A DNA stretch of 64,000 bases, from the NCBI GenBank assembly GCA_964434575.1, contig CAYSWB010000003.1, positions 57,266 to 121,265 of the forward strand, in the 5' to 3' direction. This DNA comes from an uncultured Candidatus Peribacteria bacterium. Lineage in GTDB: Bacteria; Patescibacteriota; Gracilibacteria; Peribacterales; Peribacteraceae. Shown in pieces: positions 26,424-36,106 of the stretch. Under the pieces are notes generated by a model. It was not told where the DNA came from and did no database searches. It was given only the letters and a program-made list of their open reading frames with translations. A program made the translations under genes and the position numbers. How positions within the stretch are numbered: position 1 is the first letter of the stretch; every line of letters starts with the position of its first letter.

Positions 26424-28511
26424 ATGTACGCTCTCGAACCCACATCAATCGCCGTCATCGGAGCCAGCGCGGAGGAGAAGAAGCTCGGTCACTACATTTT
26501 GAAGAACCTCCTGACGCAGGGCTACAAAGGAATCGTCTACCCCGTGAACCCCAAGCACCCCGAGCTGATGGGTGTGAAGGCGTACCCGAGCATCGAGGCC
26601 ATCCCCGGCGACGTGGACATGGCCGTGGTCGTCACGCCCGCCGCCACCGTCCCCGACGTGGCCGAAGCATGCGGCAAGAAGAAGGTGAAGACCCTCGTGG
26701 TCATCTCGGCCGGCTTCGGCGAGCTGGGCACGGAGGAAGGACATGCCCGCGAACAGCAGCTCCTCGACATCGCCAAGAAGTACAACATGAGCATGGTCGG
26801 TCCGAACTGCCTGGGCGTGCTGCGCCCGAGCATCGGCCTGAACGCATCGTTCGCGGTCAGCGCCGGCGCGGCAGGCAACGTCGCGCTGGTCAGCCAGTCC
26901 GGCGCCATGGCCGTCGCGCTGATGGACAAATCCGCCGAGCTTTCCATGGGCTTTTCGTTCGTTGCCAGCATCGGCAACAAGGCCGACATGGACGAGTGCG
27001 ACTTCCTGGAAATCTGCGAAACCGACCCCAAGACCGGCGTCATCGGCCTGTACCTGGAGAGCATCAAGGACGGCGCCCGTTTCATGGAAGTCGCCAACCG
27101 CGTCGGCCGCACCAAGCCCATCGTGCTGATCAAATCCGGCGTGTCGAAGCGCGGCGGATTGGCCGTGTCGTCGCACACCGGCGCGTTGGCCGGTTCCAGC
27201 GCCGCCATCGACGCGCTGTGCCGCCAGACCGGCATCCACCGCGCCAAGTCCACCGATGAATTCCTGGATCTGCTTCGCACGCTCGGCGCGCAGCCGGCGC
27301 TCCTCTCGCCCAAGATCGCGGTGATCACCAACGCCGGCGGACCCGGCGTGCTGGCCACCGATGCCGCGGAGCGCGAGGACCTCGTGCTCGTGAACTTGAG
27401 CGAGGAAACGAAAGCCAAACTGAAGCCCGCCTTGCCGCCCGCCGCCAGTGTCGCCAACCCGGTCGACGTGCTGGGTGACGCGCTGGCCGACCGCTACGTC
27501 GCGGCCATCACCGCCTGCGCGCACGACCCGGAAGTGGACGGCATCGCCATCATGCTCACCCCGCAGGTCATGACCCCCTGCGCCGAGATCGCGACGGCCA
27601 TCGTCGCCGCCGCCAAGAGCCACCCGCTGGTTCCCATCGTGGCAGGCTTCATGGGCGCCGACAGCGTGAAGGAGGCACGCAAGATCCTGGGCAAGGGCGG
27701 CATCCCCAACTTCGAAACGCCCGAGGCGACCATCCACGCACTCAAAACCCTGGCCGGCAAAAAGCGTCCGGCCGAGAACGTGCGGCCCGAGCATCCCGAT
27801 GCCGGCAAGCGCCGCTCGGCCGCCGCCGGATTGCTGAAGGGCAAAGTCGGACTGCTGTCCGAGGAAACCGTGGAAGAGCTGCTGGAGATGTACGAGCTGC
27901 CGATCCCCGACCAGGCCGTCGCCCGCAGCGCACAGGAAGCCGTCGAGCACGCGGAAGAAATCGGCTACCCGGTCATCGCCAAGGTCAGCTCGCCCGACAT
28001 CCTGCACAAGACCGACGTGGGCGGCATCCGCGCGAATCTGAAAACGCCCGAGGAAACGAAACAGGCCTATGCGGACATCATGAAGAACTGCTCCGAGAAG
28101 ATGCCGTCCGCCGGCATCAACGGCGTTCTGATCCAGAAATTCCTGCCGATCGGCAACGAGTTCATCGTCGGCGCCCTGCGCGACCCGGCCTTCGGACCGC
28201 TGATCATGGTGGGCCTGGGAGGCATCTACACGGAGCTCTTCCGCGACACCGCGTTCCGCATCGCCCCCGTCACCGAGGAGCAGGCCTACGCCATGCTGCA
28301 GGAACTCAAGTCCTGGAAACTCCTGCTGGGCATGCGCGGCAAAGGCCAGGCCGACATCGCCGAACTGGCCCGCGTCATCACCGCCATCTCCAACCTCGTT
28401 GCCGACAACAAGCACATCCGCGAACTGGACCTGAATCCGGTACTCGTCCACGAGAAGGGCGTGATCATCGCCGACGTGAAGATCGTGGTCGAGGAACCCG
28501 ACCATCTGTAA
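26424..28511 (+). CDS. ADP-forming acetyl-CoA synthetase (fused alpha/beta, NDP-forming acyl-CoA synthetase family)
   Basis: 695 aa. N-terminal CoA-binding IAVIGAS...KLGHYILKNL, SQSGAM, a succinyl-CoA-synthetase-like flavodoxin part, and a C-terminal ATP-grasp (GYPVIAKVSSPDILHKTDVGG). Confidence 0.9.
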   Translation: MYALEPTSIAVIGASAEEKKLGHYILKNLLTQGYKGIVYPVNPKHPELMGVKAYPSIEAIPGDVDMAVVVTPAATVPDVAEACGKKKVKTLVVISAGFGELGTEEGHAREQQLLDIAKKYNMSMVGPNCLGVLRPSIGLNASFAVSAGAAGNVALVSQSGAMAVALMDKSAELSMGFSFVASIGNKADMDECDFLEICETDPKTGVIGLYLESIKDGARFMEVANRVGRTKPIVLIKSGVSKRGGLAVSSHTGALAGSSAAIDALCRQTGIHRAKSTDEFLDLLRTLGAQPALLSPKIAVITNAGGPGVLATDAAEREDLVLVNLSEETKAKLKPALPPAASVANPVDVLGDALADRYVAAITACAHDPEVDGIAIMLTPQVMTPCAEIATAIVAAAKSHPLVPIVAGFMGADSVKEARKILGKGGIPNFETPEATIHALKTLAGKKRPAENVRPEHPDAGKRRSAAAGLLKGKVGLLSEETVEELLEMYELPIPDQAVARSAQEAVEHAEEIGYPVIAKVSSPDILHKTDVGGIRANLKTPEETKQAYADIMKNCSEKMPSAGINGVLIQKFLPIGNEFIVGALRDPAFGPLIMVGLGGIYTELFRDTAFRIAPVTEEQAYAMLQELKSWKLLLGMRGKGQADIAELARVITAISNLVADNKHIRELDLNPVLVHEKGVIIADVKIVVEEPDHL

Positions 28512-28611
28512 CTCCCTTATAAGGAGGAACACAGGGGGCTGTATTTGATGATTGTCTTATTAATGTCTTAATGTTATAATGTAAAGAACAAATAACATAC
28601 CAACACCCCAC

Positions 28612-29217
28612 ATGAAGACCCTGCCCCTTCGCGTTGTCGCCCTCGGCGTCGCCGCATTCGCCCTCGGATTTGGTTCCGTGGCCATGGCCGTGGAAGCTCC
28701 GGACGTTTCGGATTCCGCCTGGCGCACGCTGGAACAGCTGTTCCAGGATGCCCAGACCGCCGCCTCCGAGCGCACGCTCGAGCAGATGTACCAGGATGCC
28801 CAGGCCGCCGTGGACGTCGTCCGCGAGCCGGTCATGCATGCCGCCGCCTCGAAGAAGAAGGTCGTCATGCAGACCAGCAAGAAGAAGTCCGTCGATATCC
28901 GCAAGCAGCCGTTGAGCAAGCGCAACCGCGACGCCGACATGTGGGCCCGCGCCGTCATCCGCGGCAAGGAGAAGGACGCCGAGCGCGTGGCGGCCATCAT
29001 CGCCCAGGAGCAGAAAGTGGAAATCGTGATCGTGCAGGCCGAGAAAATCCCGAGCCGTGAGCGCCTGGTTCGCGCCCATGAGGCCGGACTGCCCGACCAG
29101 TGCTCCAAGCTCCACACGCACGAGCGTTCCCGCTGCCTCTACCAGCTGTCGCTGGTCGAGCGCGAGGTGCCGGCCATCGTGGCCGCCGCACGCTCCACGC
29201 ACGGCGCGGCCCGCTAA
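28612..29217 (+). CDS. secreted hypothetical protein
   Basis: 201 aa. Signal peptide MKTLPLRVVALGVAAFALGFGSVAMA. TGtTATAAT lies at 28572-28580. Confidence 0.6.
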   Translation: MKTLPLRVVALGVAAFALGFGSVAMAVEAPDVSDSAWRTLEQLFQDAQTAASERTLEQMYQDAQAAVDVVREPVMHAAASKKKVVMQTSKKKSVDIRKQPLSKRNRDADMWARAVIRGKEKDAERVAAIIAQEQKVEIVIVQAEKIPSRERLVRAHEAGLPDQCSKLHTHERSRCLYQLSLVEREVPAIVAAARSTHGAAR

Positions 29218-29262
29218 GACCCCGGTGGACGACCACTCGGCGGACTCTGCTACACTTCGCGT

Positions 29263-29922
29263 GTGCAGTACCGCCTTCCCATCGTCGTGCTCCTGTCCGC
29301 CGCCGTCGTCGGCGTGGGCGGCGCCGATTTCTGGGTGAAGGAACGTCCGCGCCTGCTGGAACAGATGCAGGCCGAGGGAGACGCGCTGCCGGACGACGCG
29401 ACCACCGAGACGCCGACCGTGGAACCGGGGCCCGATTCGCTGCCCCAGGGTTCGAGCAGCTCGCGTCGCGCGGTGAAAAAAGGACAATCCACCAAAAAGC
29501 GTCAAGCCGGCAACGTGGATGACGCCTTCGGCGCGCTGGGGCTGGAACGCGGCGAGACGCGCGAAGTCAGCCTGCTGCAACTCACCAGTCCGTCCACCGT
29601 CAGCGTAACCACCACCGTGCTCCTGAAGGACGGCGACCGCGCCATGCTCTTCGCCTGGCTGGACAGCAACGACGCCAAGACGATCTTCGCCACCCTGAAG
29701 GACAGCCTGCAGCAGACGTTCTCGTCCGACGTGCGCGACTTGGTGGACCAAACCCTCACGCCGGAAGACGGCGCGGTGACCGACGTGCTGTCCTTCACGG
29801 ATCCCGCTCTGAGCACCGAACAGATCATTTTCGCACGTACCCGCACGCGCATGTACGAAATCCACGTCGCACGCGGCAAGGAGGAATTGGCGACCAAGCT
29901 GATCGCCGAGCTTGCGAAATAG
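29263..29922 (+). CDS. membrane-anchored hypothetical protein
   Basis: 219 aa. GTG start with TGCTACACT (hexamer 29251-29256) 6 nt upstream. N-terminal anchor LPIVVLLSAAVVGVGGA. Confidence 0.6.
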   Translation: MQYRLPIVVLLSAAVVGVGGADFWVKERPRLLEQMQAEGDALPDDATTETPTVEPGPDSLPQGSSSSRRAVKKGQSTKKRQAGNVDDAFGALGLERGETREVSLLQLTSPSTVSVTTTVLLKDGDRAMLFAWLDSNDAKTIFATLKDSLQQTFSSDVRDLVDQTLTPEDGAVTDVLSFTDPALSTEQIIFARTRTRMYEIHVARGKEELATKLIAELAK

Positions 29923-29925
29923 GAT

Positions 29926-29954
29926 TTGACAGGCTTTTTCCTCGCCACTACAGT
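29926..29954 (+). promoter_or_regulatory. sigma70-like promoter of rplK
   Basis: TTGACA-17 nt-TACAGT, with 9 nt from the -10 to the ATG at 29964. Confidence 0.55.
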
Positions 29955-29963
29955 ATCGCGGCT

Positions 29964-30449
29964 ATGGCCAAGAAGGTTCTCAAAATCATCAAGACGCAAG
30001 CCAAGGGCGGACAGGCCAACCCTGCTCCCCCGCTGGGCCCCGTGCTCGGTCAGGCTGGCATCAACATTCAGGAATTCTGCACGAAGTTCAACGACCGCAC
30101 GAAGACCCGCATGGGCCAGCTGATCCCGGTCGAGATCACGTTGTTCGAAGACCGCTCGTTCACGTTCATCCTCAAGCAGCCGCCCGCCTCCTTCCTGATC
30201 CTCCAGAAGCTGGGCAAGGAGAAGGGTTCCGGCGTCCCGAACAAGGAGAAGATCGGTTCCATCAAGTGGGCCGACATCGTGGAGATCGCCAAGCAGAAGA
30301 TGCCGGACATGAACACCACGAACGTGGAGTCCGCCGCCCGCACCGTCGCCGGCACCGCCAAGAACATGGGCCTGCTCGTCGAGGGCATGCCGGAAATGGT
30401 CTTGAGCAAGCGCCGCCGCGAGGCGAAGGCCAAGGCCAAGAAGAAGTAG
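29964..30449 (+). CDS. rplK: 50S ribosomal protein L11
   Basis: MAKKVLKIIKTQAKGGQANPAPPLGPVLGQAGINIQEFCTKFN is the canonical L11 N-terminus. There is about 20 aa of Lys/Ala-rich C-terminal extension. Confidence 0.95.
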   Translation: MAKKVLKIIKTQAKGGQANPAPPLGPVLGQAGINIQEFCTKFNDRTKTRMGQLIPVEITLFEDRSFTFILKQPPASFLILQKLGKEKGSGVPNKEKIGSIKWADIVEIAKQKMPDMNTTNVESAARTVAGTAKNMGLLVEGMPEMVLSKRRREAKAKAKKK

Positions 30450-30478
30450 GCGTTCCTGGACACCGAATGACCGCATAA

Positions 30479-30506
30479 CCTTTGCCCCCGGCGGGCAAGG
30501 CGTTTT
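30479..30506 (+). terminator. weak intrinsic terminator after rplK
   Basis: ttgccc-ccggc-gggcaa stem-loop followed by cgtttt. Confidence 0.4.
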
Positions 30507-30569
30507 GACTATACGGCGCCGGAAACGCGGTACGCTGTTGTCCGTTCGTTTACGTTCCCAACACACTCC

Positions 30570-31121
30570 ATGACCCCCACGTTTACGTTCGGTTTGTTCC
30601 AGCCGTCGTACATCCTGACCATCCCGGTGGTGGTCTTCGCCGCGTTCGCGCTGCTCTACATCCCGAGCATGATGGTCACCGGCGCCAAGCCGGATGCCGT
30701 CGGCAAGGCAATCGCCTGCTACCTCATGAAGACCTTCGGCGTCCTGCTGATGGTCGTGAGCATGCTCCCGCTCCTGTACGACATCATCTCCAGCACCGTC
30801 CCGCCCATGCCCACGGTGTCGGGCCTGCTGCTGGTCTTCCTGTTCGGCGTCGGCATCGTCATCCACTACAACAACGTGGTGCACACGGTGGATGAGGCCT
30901 CCTCCATGGTCGTCCGCACGGTGTTCGCACACGGCTTCGAGGTTCTCGGCGCCGTCATCGCCCTGCTCTCCGCCCTCTCGCTGCTCCTGACCTTCATGCT
31001 CACCCAGACGGTCGAGGGCTGGCAGATGCCCGCCACGTCGCTGACGTTCGGCCTGCTTATCACCCTGATGTTCTCGGTGCACATCAGCGAGCGCACCCGC
31101 CGCAGCAAGAAGAAGAAATAG
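30570..31121 (+). CDS. polytopic membrane protein inserted between rplK and rplA
   Basis: 183 aa with about 5 hydrophobic spans and a basic tail RRSKKKK. No family recognised. Confidence 0.6.
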   Translation: MTPTFTFGLFQPSYILTIPVVVFAAFALLYIPSMMVTGAKPDAVGKAIACYLMKTFGVLLMVVSMLPLLYDIISSTVPPMPTVSGLLLVFLFGVGIVIHYNNVVHTVDEASSMVVRTVFAHGFEVLGAVIALLSALSLLLTFMLTQTVEGWQMPATSLTFGLLITLMFSVHISERTRRSKKKK

Positions 31122-31139
31122 CCTTTCCTCCCGATCACG

Positions 31140-31174
31140 GAAGGCGCCGGGGCGACCCTGCGCCTTCTTTTTTT
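31140..31174 (+). terminator. intrinsic terminator
   Basis: gaaggcgc-12 nt-gcgccttc is a perfect 8-bp stem followed by 7 T. Confidence 0.7.
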
Positions 31175-31187
31175 GCCTCTTGAGGAC

Positions 31188-31216
31188 TTGCGCGGCGGGC
31201 CCGGATGGCCCAGAAT
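31188..31216 (+). promoter_or_regulatory. candidate promoter of rplA
   Basis: TTGCGC-17 nt-CAGAAT. The same TTGCGC -35 box recurs at 32041 and 51177. Confidence 0.3.
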
Positions 31217-31277
31217 GTCCCGGCTTTCGTGGGAGTCCGCCTTCGCGGACGTAACAACCACGTTCCCCCCTATCAGT

Positions 31278-31973
31278 ATGGCCAAAGTCGATAACGTCGT
31301 TCGCGGCGGCAAGAAGTACGCCGAGAAAAAGAAACTGCTGACCAAGCCCTCCTACACGCTGGAGGAAGCGGTCGCCCTGTTGGTGCAGGTCAAAACCGTC
31401 ACCTTCGACGCCACCGCCGAGGCGCACTTCCGCATCGGCGCCGACATGTCGCAGGCCGACCAGCTCGTGCGCGGCACTGTCGCCCTGCCCCACGGCACCG
31501 GCAAGAAGGTCCGCGTCGCGGCCTTCGTCACGGCCGATTTCGAAGAGGAAGCCAAGAAAGCAGGAGCCGAGCACGTCGGCGGCGCGGAGCTGATCAAGCA
31601 GATCGACGGCGGCATGATGGACTTCGACGTCGCGGTCGCCATGCCCCAGCTGATGAAGGACATCGGTAAGCTGGCCAAGGTCCTCGGTCCGAAGGGCCTC
31701 ATGCCGAGCCCCAAGGCCGGCACGGTCTCGGACAAGCCGGGCAAGGTCATCGAGGAACTGAAGAAGGGCCGCATCCAGTTCAAGATGGACAAGCAGGGCA
31801 TCCTGCACTGCGTCTTCGGCAAGACGTCGTTCGGCGAAAAGAAGCTGACTGAGAACCTCACCGCCCTGGTGCAGGCCATCAAGGAAGCCCAGCCGGCCGC
31901 CATCAAGACCAACTACATCGCCTCCCTGACCATCAACCCGACCATGGGCCCGGGCATCAAGATCGCCCTGTAG
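31278..31973 (+). CDS. rplA: 50S ribosomal protein L1
   Basis: Start at MAKVDNVVRGGKKY. DQLVRGTVALPHGTGK, LGPKGLMPSPKAGTV and GRIQFKMDK are canonical L1 blocks. Confidence 0.95.
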   Translation: MAKVDNVVRGGKKYAEKKKLLTKPSYTLEEAVALLVQVKTVTFDATAEAHFRIGADMSQADQLVRGTVALPHGTGKKVRVAAFVTADFEEEAKKAGAEHVGGAELIKQIDGGMMDFDVAVAMPQLMKDIGKLAKVLGPKGLMPSPKAGTVSDKPGKVIEELKKGRIQFKMDKQGILHCVFGKTSFGEKKLTENLTALVQAIKEAQPAAIKTNYIASLTINPTMGPGIKIAL

Positions 31974-31992
31974 TCCCCCATTCACGACATCG

Positions 31993-32020
31993 AAAAGCCC
32001 GGTCCCAGACCGGGCTTTTT
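31993..32020 (+). terminator. intrinsic terminator after rplA
   Basis: aaaagcccggtc-cca-gaccgggctttt followed by a T-run. Confidence 0.8.
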
Positions 32021-32040
32021 CGTATCCGCGATGAAAAAAA

Positions 32041-32068
32041 TTGCGCTGCCGCGGGCGAGGAAGAAAAT
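32041..32068 (+). promoter_or_regulatory. promoter, leaderless type
   Basis: TTGCGC-16 nt-GAAAAT, then 6 nt, then the ATG at 32075. Confidence 0.4.
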
Positions 32069-32074
32069 GACCGC

Positions 32075-32734
32075 ATGCCGAAAGAAACCTTCGAACGAAA
32101 GCTCGTCTTGCCGCCCGCGAAGGCATCCGCCCTCATCAAACGCCTGCGTGGGGAGCAGCCGGGCGGCGCCGACTTGTCCGCCGATGAGATCCTGAAGTAC
32201 TGGGAGGAGCATGGAGCGAGCTTGCTGCCGTTCACCGGCGATCTGGAGGGTGCAGAGGAAATGGAATTTCCCACCGATGAAACCGCCAAGGCCAAGAAGC
32301 TCGAAGCCGGCAGGGCCGGGCACGTCTTCGTGCAGCGCGGCATCGCACTGGCATCCGGCATGACCGCCGAACGGATGCGCGTCGCGCTGTACCACCGCAG
32401 TCCGGAGCATCACAAGGTGACGACCGGCGGTTCGATCATGGTATCGGGCGATATCCGCAAGACGCCGGCGGCTGCGCTGAAGAAAGTGAAGGTCGAGCCG
32501 GCGCTGCAAGACTGGCAGATGGAGCGCCTGGGCCTGGGGCTCTCGGACATGGAACAAACCGGGGGAATCCCCTACCTGTTCGACGTCACGCGCGGTCATC
32601 TGACCGACGCGATGACCGTGACCTCGCTCGGCGCAGACAAGGTCGTGATGGCCACTCCGAAGGAAGCCGAAGCGGCGATTGCCAAAAAGAAACTCGAGCT
32701 GAACGTGCTCGAACGGATGAAGATGGGTTCGTGA
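32075..32734 (+). CDS. hypothetical protein (219 aa)
   Basis: ORF with ordinary composition and a promoter abutting the ATG. No family recognised. Confidence 0.55.
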   Translation: MPKETFERKLVLPPAKASALIKRLRGEQPGGADLSADEILKYWEEHGASLLPFTGDLEGAEEMEFPTDETAKAKKLEAGRAGHVFVQRGIALASGMTAERMRVALYHRSPEHHKVTTGGSIMVSGDIRKTPAAALKKVKVEPALQDWQMERLGLGLSDMEQTGGIPYLFDVTRGHLTDAMTVTSLGADKVVMATPKEAEAAIAKKKLELNVLERMKMGS

Positions 32735-33130
32735 TCACGCCGCCTCTTCCCAAAGCCGGGGGAAGCCCGCCGCCTTCACGTCTTCGGGCGTGAGCGTGCT
32801 CTGAAACTGCTCACGGACGTCCGCGTGTACTTTTCCCGTTTTCTCCTCGGCGCGCAGGCTGCCCGGATGGCGGTCCCATGTGCGCTGGAGCCGCAAGACC
32901 TCGTCATCGGAAAGCATCCGCAGATGCCAGGCCAGCGCCCACCTGGACGCGAACACGGGCGGAAAGTTCGCCGGTCGTTCGGCATCCACGCGCATGTCGG
33001 CCTCCTTCCAGTCCACCCAGTCCTGTTCGAAACGCTTGTATGCGGCATACAGCGCATCGGCGCTCCGGAACGGCAGCGTTTCGGGGGCGTCCTCGGCCGA
33101 CGATGAGACTTCCGGTGCCATGGACGGCAC
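32735..33130 (-). CDS. hypothetical protein (131 aa)
   Basis: Trp/acidic-rich ORF 18 nt downstream of dus on the same strand. No family recognised. Confidence 0.5.
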   Translation of the reverse strand: MPSMAPEVSSSAEDAPETLPFRSADALYAAYKRFEQDWVDWKEADMRVDAERPANFPPVFASRWALAWHLRMLSDDEVLRLQRTWDRHPGSLRAEEKTGKVHADVREQFQSTLTPEDVKAAGFPRLWEEAA

Positions 33131-33148
33131 ATGCTACCGCACCCTGCT

Positions 33149-34144
<996 letters not shown>

Positions 34145-34287
34145 TGTTCGTACACCGCATACTACTACGGAACTTGTGTCACGTCATGGCCGTTTCGGGC
34201 GTCAAGCGGTGTAAAACCGCGAGCTTCGTCACATTCCGGGCTTCCGGACAAGTCCAGATAGGGGTTTTGGGCTGCGAAAAGCGCCGA

Positions 34288-34668
34288 ATGGAATGTACGG
34301 GGCCCGGACTTTTGGCGATAATGACGTCCGTGCCGAACTTTGTGTACGAACTGCTCTGGATCCCCCAGGCGCTGGCCCAGCCGGCCGGTATTTTCCAGCC
34401 CGCGAGCTGCAACTTCCAGACCGGCATCACGGGGTTCGACTGCATCCGCGACTACATCAGCGTGCTCACCGGCGTGGTGATCGGCTTCTGCGCGTCCATC
34501 TGTCTGGTCCGTCTGATGGTCTCGGGCTTCCAGTACATGATGGGCCCGGCCACCGGCGGCAGCTCGGACGAAGCCAAGAAGAACATCATCAACGCGCTGC
34601 TCGGTCTCGCGGTGTGCTTGCTGACCTACATCATCATCGAGACCGTCGTCGTCTACGTCACCGGTTGA
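34288..34668 (+). CDS. T4SS-pilin-like (TrbC/VirB2-type) small membrane protein; start uncertain
   Basis: C-terminal LTGVVIGFCASICLVRLMVSGFQYMMGPATGGSSDEAKKNIINALLGLAVCLLTYIIIETVV has the two-helix pilin layout with a G-G-x-x-x-x-x-A-K motif. Candidate starts are 34186, 34288 and 34321. Confidence 0.55.
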   Translation: MECTGPGLLAIMTSVPNFVYELLWIPQALAQPAGIFQPASCNFQTGITGFDCIRDYISVLTGVVIGFCASICLVRLMVSGFQYMMGPATGGSSDEAKKNIINALLGLAVCLLTYIIIETVVVYVTG

Positions 34669-34674
34669 TCCCCC

Positions 34675-35940
34675 ATGGCCAAACAACCAAAACACCGGGA
34701 TTCGTTCAAGTCCTTCCAGATCCTCAGTGAGAAGGCCCAGAAGCTGTGGACCACGGCGCGCATCCGCGTGAACGAGAACAAGAACGCCAAACGCCGCCAG
34801 GCCACCGACGGACCCGCGCCGTCCAGGCCGAAGGAAACCGTGGTCATCGAGGTCTCGGCGCAAACCGTTGCGATCTCCACCATGACCATCCTGTTGGTGG
34901 TGCTTGGGGCGTGGGCGCTGTGGTCGCTGCACGACGTGCTGCTCATCCTCGTGCTGTCGTTCTTCCTCTCCATCGTCATCGACTCCAGCGTCCGGTTTTT
35001 CGAAAGCTGGCGCATTCCTCGCGCCGTCGCGGTGCTGCTGGTGTACGTGATCTTCCTGTCGCTCGCGGTCTTCCTCATCATCTCGCTCATTCCGATCGTC
35101 GCCAACGAAGTGCAGAACTTCGCGCGCTTCTTAAACAACCGCGTCGACTTGTTCCTCGCCAACCAGGAAATCACGCTGCCGTTCCTGTCCGAGGCGCTGA
35201 ACCTCAAGCTCACCGCGCTGCTGCAGGACGCCCTCAAGAACCTGGAAATCAAAGATCAGGCCACCACGCTGTTCAACTTCGGCCAGAACTTGTCCACCGC
35301 CGCGCAGAGCTGGCTCAGCTACGCCATCGGCATCGCCGGATCGGTGTTTAACTTCATCGCCAGCTTCACCCTCATCCTTATCCTCACGTTCTTCATCCAG
35401 ATGGAACGCGAGAACATCGTGGACTACTTCCGCGTCCTGCTCCCGCACGGCTACCGCAAGTACTACGACAATAAGTCCGAGGCGATCTACCACAAGATGT
35501 CGCAGTGGTTCCAGGGCCAGATCATCCTGTGCGTGAGCATCGGCGTGCTGGTCTTCATCGCGCTCACCATCCTGGGCATGCCGTATGCGCTGACCCTGGC
35601 GCTCTTGGCCGGCTTCACAGAATTCATCCCGGTGGCGGGCCCGCTCATCGCCGCCATTCCGGCCGTGTTCATCGCGCTCACCCAGGCCGGCTTCGTCTGG
35701 GCGCTGGTGATCGCGCTGGTCTACTACGTGATCCAGACCTGCGAGAACAACCTGCTGGTACCGCTCATCATGAAACACGCCGTCGGCCTCTCGCCCATCG
35801 TCATCATGATCGGCATGCTTGTCGGCATCAGCTTCCCTGCCGTCGTTCACCCCATCCTCGGCATCTTGCTGGCAGTCCCCCTCACCACCGTGATCAGCAT
35901 TTTCCTCGCCGATCTACGAGAATTCCGCCGCCATCAGTAG
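34675..35940 (+). CDS. AI-2E family transporter (PerM/UPF0118)
   Basis: 421 aa. LLAGFTEFIPVAGPLIAAIPAVFIAL and about 8 TM spans. Confidence 0.9.
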   Translation: MAKQPKHRDSFKSFQILSEKAQKLWTTARIRVNENKNAKRRQATDGPAPSRPKETVVIEVSAQTVAISTMTILLVVLGAWALWSLHDVLLILVLSFFLSIVIDSSVRFFESWRIPRAVAVLLVYVIFLSLAVFLIISLIPIVANEVQNFARFLNNRVDLFLANQEITLPFLSEALNLKLTALLQDALKNLEIKDQATTLFNFGQNLSTAAQSWLSYAIGIAGSVFNFIASFTLILILTFFIQMERENIVDYFRVLLPHGYRKYYDNKSEAIYHKMSQWFQGQIILCVSIGVLVFIALTILGMPYALTLALLAGFTEFIPVAGPLIAAIPAVFIALTQAGFVWALVIALVYYVIQTCENNLLVPLIMKHAVGLSPIVIMIGMLVGISFPAVVHPILGILLAVPLTTVISIFLADLREFRRHQ

Positions 35941-36035
35941 CGCAGGCCGAAAGGTTAAGAAATCCATACAATCTCCCACACGGAGACAAACACCCTTTTC
36001 TGCAATTCTACTTGCTTCCCCTAGCCTCTATGGGG

Positions 36036-36044
36036 TGATAAAGT
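36036..36044 (+). promoter_or_regulatory. candidate extended -10 (TGaTAAAGT) for clpC
   Basis: TG-n-TAAAGT lies about 20 nt upstream of the CIRCE element. No good -35 box. Confidence 0.3.
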
Positions 36045-36064
36045 ACCCCGATGCCATAGGACAT

Positions 36065-36091
36065 CTGGCACTCTGTCTGCTAGAGTGCTAA
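36065..36091 (+). promoter_or_regulatory. CIRCE-type inverted repeat (HrcA operator)
   Basis: CTGGCACTC-N9-GAGTGCTAA compared with consensus TTAGCACTC-N9-GAGTGCTAA. The right arm matches 9/9, the left 7/9, with exact 9-nt spacing. It ends 15 nt before the clpC ATG. Confidence 0.75.
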
Positions 36092-36106
36092 TTCTCCCCC
36101 ATCTCT

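Noticed and set aside
28513-28535. Palindrome ccttataagg after the acetyl-CoA synthetase gene, considered as a terminator
   Set aside because: It is a loop-less 10-bp palindrome with no T-tract. It is more likely a chance or protein-binding palindrome than an intrinsic terminator, and there is too little evidence to call either.
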